Below the pieces are notes generated by a model. It had not been told where the DNA came from. It saw only the letters and a list, made by a program, of their open reading frames with translations, and searched no databases. A stretch of DNA of 61,322 nucleotides. It comes from Vitrella brassicaformis CCMP3155. Lineage: Eukaryota > Protista > Chromerida. How positions within the stretch are numbered: the stretch's first letter is position 1; each line of letters starts with the position of its first letter. Made by a program: the position numbers and the translations under genes. The stretch lies in NCBI GenBank assembly GCA_001179505.1, contig CDMY01000512.1, positions 1 to 61,322 on the forward strand, read 5' to 3'. Below are positions 25,001-36,027 of this stretch, piece after piece.

Positions 25001-28000
25001 GGCCAACACACTACTACGCTTTCAGATCTACTTGAGGATCGTGAATGATCTGTTGCCGACACCGTCCAAGAGCCATTACACGTTCAACCTCCGCGACCCA
25101 TCTAAAGTTGTGCAAGGGATGCTCATGATCGACCCTGCCGGCCTCAAAGACAAGGAAGTGCTAACGAGGCTGTGGATCCATGAGTCGTGTCGACAGTTCC
25201 GCGACCGTCTGATTGACGACACGGATCGCAGCTGGTTCAACGGCCTCATCCAGGAAAAAGTCAAGACACACTTGGGGCTCGATTGGGCAGCCGACGACTT
25301 CAAGGAAATCATCTTTGGCGACTTCCTCGGCCGCAACGAGAAGCCCTATCAGCTGATCGACAAGAGCCAGGAAGAGCTCGCCTCCATCTTCGACGAGTAC
25401 CTCCAAGAACACAACATCACCTTCCCCAGCAGAATGAATCTGGTGTTCTTCAAGGACGCCCAGCACCACCTCGCGCGCATCTGCCGTATTATCCGGCAGC
25501 CACGCGGCAATGCCCTGCTCATCGGTGTGGGAGGCAGCGGGCGCAACTCGCTGTCGCGGTTGGCGGCCTTCATGTCCGACTACCACCTCTTCTCGATCGA
25601 GATAGCCAAGAAGTACGGCACGGCCGAGTTCAGGGAGGACATCAAGAGCATGATGATGAACATCGCTAAGAACCAGAAGCCCATCGCCTTCTTCTTCTCA
25701 GACACGCAAATCGTGAGAATGAGTGCAGAAAGCAGCACAGAGACACTCTCGGTCTGTCTCTATCACGTCAGGTCAAGGAGTCGTTCCTCGAGGACATCAA
25801 CAACATCGTCAACACTGGCGAGGTGCCAAATCTGTTTGCTGTGGATGAGACTGAGCAGATCATTGGCCTTACACGACCGGCCGCCAAGGTCAGTCGATCA
25901 GACGAAGCTGCATTCCCTCTTCCTGCCATTGCATCAATCTCTTTTCTTGTCTCAGGCTGCTGGCAAGCCCGACGCCCGCGATGCGATCTTGCAGTACTTT
26001 GTGTCGATGGTCCGCGATCTGCTGCACATCATCCTGGCGTTCTCACCGGTTGGCGAGAAATTCCGGGCGAGATGCAGACAGTTCCCGTCGATTGTCAACT
26101 GTTGCACTATCGACTGGTGAGGTGTGAGCATTTATGGGCCGCAATCTGAGTCTCGCCTCGTCTGTTAGGTTCAACGCGTGGCCGCCAGATGCCCTGTACT
26201 CGGTGGCGAACCGCTTCTATTCGGAGCAGAAAGACCTCGGCATCGAGTCCGTCACTGATCAGCTCTGCAAGTAAGGATTGTCCCCTATTGTCGCCCTCGC
26301 ACGAGACGTGTGTGTATGTGGCCGACCAGGATGTCAGGGGAGATCCATGACAGCGTGACAGAGTCTGCTGAGAGTTTCTACAACGAGTTGAGGCGCCGGA
26401 CATACACCACACCCACATCATATCTGGAGCTCATCAAACTGTACCTCGACATGCTCAAACAGCAGGTGACAGATCCATGAGATACCCTCGACTACTGTTC
26501 TGCTTTATGTTTTATGCCCGCAGCGTGAGTTGCTGGGCACCCGTCTGAACCGGTACAAGGTGGGTATGCAGCGGATGGAGGAGACCAATGTGGTGGTCGA
26601 CCAGATGAAGCGCCAGCTGATCGAGCTCCAGCCTGTGCTCGACAAAGCCAGCAAAGACACTGCCGAACTCATGGTTGTACTTGAGAAGGACCAGCAGTTG
26701 GCCCAAGAGGCGGCCGAGGCGTGCAAGGTTGACGAGATAGAGGCTTCGAAGGCATCTCAGGAGGCCCAAGAGATCAAGGATGACTGCCAACGAGATCTCG
26801 ATGAGGCCCTGCCCGAATATTATGCTGCCATCAAAGCCCTCGACTCCCTGGACAAGAAGGACATTCAGGTCTGATCAACATACTATCATCCGTGACAAAA
26901 CGCACTGACGGCAATGATGTCTCCTCAGGAGGTGAAATCGTTCGCTAAGCCGCCCCAGCTGGTCGAGACGGTGATGTCAGCCGTGTGTTTGTTCTTGGGT
27001 CGCAAGCAGACGTGGGATGACGCCAAGAAGCTGCTCAACGAAGCCAACTTCATGCAGCAACTGAAGGAATACAATAAGGTGTGCCCTTACATTTGGATGG
27101 CTCCTGTGAAAGTGTGTGTGTGTGTGTGTGTGTATGCAGGATGCCATCTCAAACAAGTTGATGCAGCAGGCCCAGAAATACATCACGATGGAAGACTTCA
27201 ACCCGCAAAAGGTCTCTACTGTGTCCAAGGCAGCCACGTCCCTGTGCATGTGGGTGAAGGCCATGGACACCTACGCCAAGGTGGCCAGGAACATCGAGCC
27301 CAAGAAGGAGCGACTGAGGGGGGCCGAGGCGTCGCTCAAGGCGGCGGAGGACAAGCTGGCACAGAAGCAGGCAGAGCTCAAAGAAGTGCAGGACCGGTAA
27401 CAGCTACCAACCAGCCATGACAGCTCTATCATTCTTCGGTGTGCTTTCCCTGACTGCAGTGTTGCGGCACTCCTTCGTCAGTATGAGGAGTCCAAGGCCA
27501 AGTCGGAGAAGCTGCAACGAGACATGGAAGACGCACGAGTGAAACTTGACCGCGCACAAAAGCTCGTGGCTGGCCTGGGCAACGAGGCCGTGCGGTGGGA
27601 GAAATCCGCGACCGAGCTGGAGGAAGCGATGAGCAACCTGATTGGAAACATCATCTTGAGTGCAGGGATGATAGCGTACCTTGGCCCCTTCACGGCCAGC
27701 TACCGCCAGTCGATCCTGCAGCGATGGGGCGGCAAGTGCACTGAGTGGGGGCTCAAGGTCGACCCCAACTACACATTGGAGAAGACCCTCGCTGATCCCG
27801 CCGAGGTGGGCAATAGGCAGAGACAGGCTCACATCAAGTGCCGGTCGGCCGGGAGGTGCGTGTCCCACTGTTTGTGCAGGTGCGTGAGTGGAACATCAAG
27901 GGGCTGCCAGCTGATCAGCTGTCCATCGAAAACGGCATCTTCGTCACGAGAGGGAGACGGTGGCCGCTCATGATTGACCCACAGGGACAAGCCAACAAGT

Positions 28001-31000
28001 GGATCAAGAACACAGGCAAGACGCAGAACATCCAGGTGATTCGTTTGTCGGAGCCAAACTTCCTTCGAAGCCTCGAAAACGGCATCAGGATGGGCAATCC
28101 TGTCTTACTCGAGAACGTGGAAGAGATTCTTGACCCGGCAATCGAACCAGTGCTGCAAAAACAGGTATTCCACCGTTGGAACTGTGAGGCGTAGACCGAC
28201 ACTTCTGCCTGTTGCTACATTCAGACTTTCAAGAAGGGAGGCCAGGTGCTCCTGCGCCTGGGTGACACCGACGTGCCGTACTCGCCCAACTTCCGCTTCT
28301 ACATCACGACCAAGATGGCCAACCCCCACTACCTACCCGAGGTCTGCATCAAGGTCACCATCATCAACTTCACCGTCACACAAAAGGGGCTGGAGGACCA
28401 GCTGCTCATCGAGGTGGTCAATCACGAGCGGCCTGACCTGGAGGAGAAGCGCAATGACCTGGTGGTGTCCATCTCCAATGACAAGGCCACGCTCGCCAAC
28501 CTCGAGCAGGAAATCCTCAGGGTCAGCAAGAGCGGCTCGTTGTGTGGCGCTTGCCTTAAAGATGCGCCGTCTTCTTTCCCTGCAGTTGATTGCTGAGGCT
28601 GGCGACAACATCCTCGAGAGCGAGACACTCATCAACACGCTGGATGAGTCCAAGAAGACATCCGAGACGGTCGGCGAGCGCATGAAGGTAGCCGAGGTGA
28701 CAGCCAAGGAGATCAACGACGCCCGTGAGTCGTATAGATCGGTCGCACTGCGGTGGGTACACTGAATGAAGAGACACACATGATCCTCCAGTGTGTGAAT
28801 ATACTCCGTGGTGATGGCTGCAGCGGGAGCCTGCTATACTTTGTGATCGCCGACCTGGCTCTGATCGACCCCATGTACCAGTACAGTCTCGACTACTTCG
28901 TCGGCCTCTTCAACCAACGGCTGGCAAAGAGCCAGAAGAGCGACGTCATAGAAGGGCGTCTCAGCATTCTGCTCACAGACATCACCACTAAATTCTACGA
29001 GAACATATGCCGCGGCCTCTTCGAGCGACACAAGCTGCTGTACTCCTTCCTCAACGCCGTGTCCATCTTCCGCAAAAACGAGCGCATCCAGCCGATTGAG
29101 TGGATGTTCTTCCTCAGAGGTGTGGAGGCGGGCAGGGACGCGTCGCGGCCAGGCAGCAACGAAGGAGAGGCTCCCCCTGAATGGGTCGACTCGACGCTCT
29201 GGCAGAAGCTCAAAGTCCTGGAAGAGGTAAGAAGGCATCGTTGATGCATCGCTTCCCACTTGCTCGTCAATGTTCATGTCATCAGACTGTGGGCGGCTCC
29301 TTCGGCGGCTTGTCGGCCAGTGTCTCGGCCAACAGCGCTGACTGGCAGGCGTACAGAGACAACGACAACCTCCACAAGATACCCATGCCCGACGGCTTCT
29401 CTGACAAGCTGACCCCCTTCCAGCAGCTGCTGCTCGTCAAGTCCTTCCGGGAAGAGAATCTGCTCTTCGCTGTCCGCAACTTTGTAGCAGCCGAGCTTGG
29501 CAAAGAGTTCGTCGAGCCTCCACCGTTCGACCTGCTTGGAGCCTACCAGGACTCGAAAAACATCTCGCCCATCATCTTTGTGCTGAGTCCTGGTGCCGAC
29601 CCGATCGGCTACCTGCTCAAGCTGGCCAAGGAAAACGGCCCTGGGGAAGAGCGGCTGCACATACTGTCGCTCGGCCAGGGGCAGGGCGTCAAGGCAGAGC
29701 GGCTCATCGAGCTTGCCAGGTGACGCGCGGCACAAGGCCCGCCTCGCTCTTTCCGGGCTAAATGTGACAATCTGCTTGTTCTGCAGGCAGGAGGGCGATT
29801 GGGTGTGTCTGCAGAATTGTCACTTGGCCGCCAGTTGGATGCCCTCATTCGAGCGCATTCAGGAGCAGCAGAACGAGGACGACATTGACCCCAACTACCG
29901 TCTCTGGCTGACATCCATGCCCACACCCACGTTCCCCGTGCCAGTGCTGCAAAGCGGAATCAAGATCACAAATGAGCCGCCAAAGGCACGCAGACCACTG
30001 GGCTGCACACTCTCTGTTCAGCAAATGCTGTCGCTGTGTGTGTATGTGTGCAGGGTCTGAAGGCCAACTTGACTCGCAGCTTCCTGGACATATCTGAGAA
30101 TGTGTACGAGAGCTGCATCAAGGGCAGGGAGTTCAAGAAGCTCCTCTTCGCCCTCGCCTTCTTCCACGCGGTGATCCTCGAACGGCGCAAGTTTGGCCCC
30201 ATTGGTTGGAACATCCCCTATGAGTGGATGAACAGCGACTTCGAGGTCTCCCTGCAACAACTCAACATGTATGTCTCAACGGCGCGAAAGCACATCAGGC
30301 AAGTGACCGCTCTGTACACGCGTATGTATGCAGGTATCTGACTGAGCAGCCGGGTGTGCCGTACCAGACGCTCAATTACATCGTGTCGGAGGTCAACTAT
30401 GGCGGCAGAGTCACCGACGACAAGGATGTCAGGTTGATTAATGCGATCCTGGCGCGATACTTCTGTGCGGACATAATGGACGACGGCTATCAGCTGGCGG
30501 AAAGTGACATATATCACGCACCGCCAGAGGGCAACCTGGAGTCCGTCCGCAATTACGTTCACGTAAGTCAGGCAGAGACGGGCAGGCAGAGCATAGATCC
30601 TGTGTCTCTTGCCAGACTCTGCCTATGGATGAGGAACCGGACGTCTTTGGCTTGCACATGAATGCAAACATCACGTGAGCAGCAGACAAGACGCGCCGCG
30701 TCCGTGGCGTCATGTGTCGTTTCCCCACTGTGCAGCTGCCAAGAGAAGGAGGCGCGCGACTTCCTTGACGTCGTCATCTCTGTCCAACCAAGAATACCTG
30801 CAGGTAAGCAAACAGCACTCCTGCCCGCCACTCTTGATACACGAATCTCGGTCAATCCAGGCGGCTCCGGCAAGACGACCGATGAGATCGTCTATGAACT
30901 TGCTGAGTCCATCGAGGCGCGGATACCAGCGCCCTTCGACCGGTCCAAGGCACATCCAGCCACGTTTGTGCAGAACAAGGGCGGCGAGGGCGAGGGCGAA

Positions 31001-32121
31001 GACGCCAAAGAGGACCCCGGCGCATCGCTGAGTGTCTTCTTCTCCCAAGAGCTGGACCGATTCGACAAGCTCATCAGAGTGGTCAAGAAGTCGCTCGCTG
31101 ACCTGCAAAAGGTACGTACACACGCACGCATGGACACGGCAACCTCCGCAACGCTGTTGTGGTCCGTATCAGGCGATTAAGGGTCTTGTGGTGATGTCGG
31201 CCGAGCTGGAGACCATGTACAACTCCTTCCTCTTCCAGAAGGTGCCCACCATATGGCTCAACGCCGCCTACCCCTGCCTCAAGCCGCTGGCATCGTGGGT
31301 CAACGACTTCATCGAGAGACTGGAGTTCCTGCAGGGGTGGCTCGTCGGCGGACCGCCACTCTCCTTCTGGCTCCCGTCATTCTTCTTCCCCCAGGGCTTC
31401 ATGACGGGCACGCTGCAGAGACATGCCAGAAAGACGAGAGTGAGTGACGACAGAGGAGGGAACGAGTGCATGTCTCTATTGTCATGGGTGTGTTTGTCGG
31501 ATATTCAGATACCCATCGACACGCTGACTTTCAGGACGGAGGTGTCGACTCTCAAGGCGGCGGACATCACTGAGGCGCCCGAGAGGGGGGTCAACATACA
31601 CGGACTCTTCTTACAGGCAGGCTGAAGGAAGGACAAGGGGGCATCACGGGCAGGCAGAGACGTCAACTGCTTTGTGGCTGCACTCGTGCAGGGTGCTGGT
31701 TGGGACGTGGCTGGCCGGAAGCTCTGTGAGTCTGCCAAGGGCCAGTTGTTTGTGCCAATGCCCGTCATCTGGATCGACCCTGTCGACATCGATAAGCTTG
31801 ACAACAAAAAGGACTACAGGTCACGTGGCTAACACATTTGACTGAGAGCGCGGCAGTCGTTTCGCAGCTGTGTGGCTGTTTGTTTGTCAGATGTCCATTG
31901 TATAAGACATCTACAAGAGCGGGCACGCTGTCAACTACCGGCCACTCGACCAACTTTGTCCTCTTCTTTGACCTGCACACTGGTGAGGCTCACACAGCTG
32001 CAGCCGCAATTCTGGCTGGGGCTCATGTCTCTCGTGTCGTGTCTTGTTCGTCTGGACAGATAAGGAGTCGGACCATTGGATCAGAAGAGGGGTCGCACTG
32101 CTCTGCCAACTGGATGACTGA
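16090..32121 (+). CDS. Axonemal dynein heavy chain, inner-arm type (DNAH6-like), with several dozen introns; start codon approximate
   Basis: Linker motifs ([27 protein letters not shown]), AAA1 [15 protein letters not shown] and [11 protein letters not shown]2 [12 protein letters not shown]3 [11 protein letters not shown]4 [10 protein letters not shown], stalk and MTBD (KPPQLV), AAA5 [19 protein letters not shown]6 [10 protein letters not shown], and the C-terminus [10 protein letters not shown]...[15 protein letters not shown]. Confidence 0.97.
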
Positions 32122-33147
32122 AGCCTCACATTGTGACATGCTATGCATCCACTTCCTCTCTCTTGCTGGGGGGTAGGCGTGGGTTTGTGGCATTCTCCTG
32201 CAGCAGAGTCCTGCCGTTGCTCTCTGTCTCTGATTTTTGTCTGCTTTTTTTATCTGCTCTCTGGCGTTGTACAAGCCGTGCCGTGTGTCTGTCCTCCCAC
32301 TGCTCTGCTTGCTGCTCAGCGCAGGCCCTGTGCTCACTCTGTCGATAGACTGCCGCCACAGGCACCGTTGATGGATGCATGAGCTGCGAGACAGAACACA
32401 TTCACGAGTGTCCATCATGGAAAGTGCACGTGACTATCGCACGCGCTCAGCGCCACTGTTCGCTGCATTAAGGGTTGGGGGCTGGCCTAATGGGGGCCGG
32501 CCGTCTCAAGTGGGGGGCGCCGTCTCAGAGGTTCTCCATCAAGGCATTAGCCGCGTTGTCTGATTGGCGTCGAAAATGTCACTCATCATCCTGGGCTCAC
32601 TGTTGGTCGTCACCGGTCTCATCGTAGCGGGCTGCTGGACGCTACGAGGCGGGTGAGACAAGCTCCTCATCGAAATGGCTGATCGCAACGCATCATGTGG
32701 TTGACTGTAGGACCTGATGCACAAGTCAAAGGCTTCGCCATGCAAGGAAGACCATCATGGACGCGTGATCGACGTCTTTGGAGGCGAGGAAGGCCAATGG
32801 CATGTCTTTGCAGTGTCGTTTTGGGCGGCTGCCGATATTGAATGTTGGGATGGACACACACGGATGGATGGATGGATGGGAGCCGAGACGAGCCGAGGAG
32901 GACCAGAAGTGATGCATTGATGGGAAGGGGCTGACTGTCTGACTGTCTGACTAGCAGGGAAAAGGGACATCTGTCCATATCAGCTGGCTGCCATCAGGCT
33001 GCACCTAAATGCCTCTGTCCGTCATCAGAACACATGACGAAAAATAATGTCATCCTCTCCTCCTATGCACATTCACGACTCCTGCACAGCACTTGCAACC
33101 CTGATAGCCAATCAGTCTGTACATCCACCCCCAATCACGCCGCCTCT

Positions 33148-33747
33148 CTACTCCTCTCCCCTGAGCTTTGCATATCCGCCGAGAAAAAACAACCAGGGGA
33201 AGACCACAAACCAGTGCAATAGCGTCGGTCCCCATACTCTGCCGCTAAGCAAGTATAACGTGCCCGCCGTCACTCCCAGGACGCCGCACAGCACGAGGAA
33301 CCACACATTCAAGAATACCCGCCTCGCCTCAGGCCGCAGAAGCACCGCATTCAGCGGATGCATGGCTACAAAGATGGCCGTGTTCACGATGATCGCGGCG
33401 CCCCCGATAAGCACCAGATACCCACGAGCGCCGCTGCTGTTCTGTGAGAGCCTCTCAGCTACTTGCTGCAGGTAGGCGGGTGTCGGCAAAAGTAGCACGC
33501 GGAACACCAGTTCCTCCACAAAGCATGGCACCACGAGAGCCGCGGCGCTGCCAGCAGCTATCCTCCAGGCTGGCAGGTCCGCAACTTTCCTCTTGAGGAT
33601 GCCTGTCGAGAAGCCAATGGGCACCGCAATGGCAGCGTACGCACCCACAGCGATAGCAAGAGCACCCCAGTCGCAAGGCCGCGGCAGCGAGAATGCTGGG
33701 CGGAGCTTGGAGGACCACAGCTGGTGGAGCCATCGCACAAACGTCAT
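33148..33747 (-). CDS. CPBP (CAAX/Abi, type II) intramembrane glutamic protease, cyanobacterial-type; no intron within the ORF
   Basis: EELVFR (EExxxR), FVAMHPLNA (FxxxH) and LLHWFVV motifs within several hydrophobic segments. Confidence 0.88.
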   Translation of the reverse strand: MTFVRWLHQLWSSKLRPAFSLPRPCDWGALAIAVGAYAAIAVPIGFSTGILKRKVADLPAWRIAAGSAAALVVPCFVEELVFRVLLLPTPAYLQQVAERLSQNSSGARGYLVLIGGAAIIVNTAIFVAMHPLNAVLLRPEARRVFLNVWFLVLCGVLGVTAGTLYLLSGRVWGPTLLHWFVVFPWLFFLGGYAKLRGEE

Positions 33748-34073
33748 GGTCTATGGGAGAACCTACCTGCACAGCCACCATAACGCAGAGATGTTGAGAT
33801 CTTCAAGTCACACACTTTCTCACTCATAATTGTTCCAGCGTACCTTTGCATGTGAATCCGTCGGTCCTGCCCTGCCACCTTCCCTACTTCCCTTTTCGTT
33901 TTGCCCGCTCTTGAGCGGATCGCTGGAGAGAGCTCGCAGTGAAGATCTCTCTAGAGCCCGCCGCTCCCCCTCCTATCGCAGCTCCTTGCCCTTTATCGCA
34001 TCTCTCTGTCCCTGCATCTGTCACCCCGACTCAATCGCATCCCGCATCTTCTGTCCTTTCCCCTCCGCAAACA

Positions 34074-35118
34074 ATGAAGGTCAGCGATGCCTCCCATGGT
34101 CACGTGCTCATGCTGTCGACGTGGCCCCTGTGTGTTATTTGCTTCAGATCTTGTGCGTCTTGGCCGTTTTGGCAGTGGTTGCGTCTGCGGAGGAGCCGCC
34201 TCACCTGCGGAAGCTTCAGGAGGTGATTACTGCAGATGCATGACGACGAGGGCCAAGGGGAGATGCGATACGTTTGCATTGTGCTGGATATGTGCGTTTG
34301 ATTCGCCAGAACGAGACGTCGGTCTTCCAGGACATCCAGGGCCGTGTGGACCAGCTCTTCTGCCAATCGGTGGGCGCACACATAGAGCGGGGGTGTGCAC
34401 ACATGCTCACTCACCGGTGTGTGGTCCAATGCAGAAGGAGGACTGTGAGGAGAACCAGCACTGCGTGAAGGTCCTGGGCGAGGTGGGGTTGGATGACACA
34501 GTCAACCGAGGCATATGCCGCACCGAGAGCGAGGCCTGCGTCTGCACGGGCAACTACACATGCGTCGAATGGTGCGCATAGCATGCATTGGCGGCACAAG
34601 CACTCACATATTTCTAGATTGACTGGTCACATCGGTCGGTGCCCATCTGCGTGTCTGCCTGTCTCTTTCTTGTGTGTCTGTCTACGTGTGCAGGTTTGCG
34701 TTGGGCACCATCCGTTCGAATGTGTGCCGCAAACTCTGCCCAGAGGAGGACCAGGACGTCTGTGACTGTGCTGAGGGTATGTTTGTACCTCACGTGGGGA
34801 TGGGCATGTTGATGGGTCGCGGCTGAGGCGTTTGTGTCCGGTACGTGTGCAGGAGAGGATTGCGTGGAGCGTGCCGCCGGCATCAGTTTGCTCGGCGATA
34901 TCTTCGACAAGTGCACCTGCCACAAGCGGAAGGGCGCTGACGACTGCGACGCAGAAGAGGGTAGGGCCCACACTAGATCCAGATGGGATACGCCCACACC
35001 CACGTGGACGTCCACCCACCTCTGTGTGTGTGTGTGTGTGTGTGTAGGCTGTGCTGACGGCGAGGCGTGTGTGGGCTCTGGCAGTTGCGTGGGGCTTTTT
35101 GTGCCTGACGAGGAATAG
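34074..35118 (+). CDS. Small secreted cysteine-rich protein (about 7 exons)
   Basis: MK|ILCVLAVLAVVASA signal peptide. In-frame GT-AG exons give repeated Cys units (CRTESEACVCTGNYTC, CRKLCPEEDQDVCDCAEGEDC, CTCHKRKGADDC, CADGEACVGSGSC). Confidence 0.75.
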
Positions 35119-36027
35119 ACACGCACTCAGACGTCCTCGCACCACATAGTATGTCAGCTATCCTATCCACCTTGTGTTGTGTTATCTATTATACACGTTC
35201 GTTGAGTGGGGGTAAAGGGGGACAGTTTGTCTGTCGCTGTCTGTCTGACTGCATGTGACGCTTTTTCTTGTCGGAAGATGCACAAACACACACGCAGAGA
35301 GAGAGAGAGCGACTGCTGCAGTAGTAGGGAGCGTCATGGCGTGCATGTATCATCGGATACACGCGCATCCACCCATCAACCCCATCCATCCATCCATTCT
35401 AGTAGTGAAGTTACCCTCAGTCACATGCACACACACACCTTCATACGATACGCCCAATCTGCCTGCGCTTTAGTGGACTCTTTTTTCGACAACACACACA
35501 GACAGACTAACGCACCCACACATGAGGGATTCAGATGCCATGTATACTTCTGAGAGAGAGATGAGGGATTCAGCTTTATATACGTGGGGGGTGTGGGTTC
35601 GCTGACGCAGCCAAGACAGTGGAAGGCGGGGGTTTTCTGATTGATTTCATCCTTCGCCCCCTCCACTCCATGTCATGTAGTGTTTATCGGCGGTTCGTTC
35701 TTTGCTGAATGGAATGTAAGGGACTTTTATGTAGCTAGCGTGGCCTGGCCGTGGTGTGTGCGCATGCATTCCTGTTGTTTGCAGGGACCGATGGATGGAT
35801 GGATGGATGCAGGGACGGGTGGGTAGATGAGCACATGGATGGCATATACAAACGAACAGTCTAGTGGCTGGCTGGAAAGGCATGCACTTCAACGAATCAC
35901 CATGAACGTCACGACCGTGTCCGTAGTAAACACATGCATTCAAATGTAGCAAATGTAGCGAAGTAGACACTCCCTCCCTCCCTCCCTCCTCATTCCCGCC
36001 CTTTGCCTCAGTCGGTCAGTCAGTCAG

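Noticed and set aside
25520-25560. AAA4 Walker A with Arg (GSGRNS) in place of Lys
   Set aside because: GSGR variants are common in axonemal dynein AAA4, so this is not novel.
30860-30880. GGSGKT, which looks like an extra P-loop in the dynein C-terminal region
   Set aside because: It lies in the Gly-rich linker after AAA6 and is not followed by a Walker B motif.
15916-32121. Search for nested genes or transposons within dynein introns
   Set aside because: All introns are short and the opposite-strand ORFs show no recognisable motifs. No transposase, reverse transcriptase or integrase motif was seen anywhere in the window.
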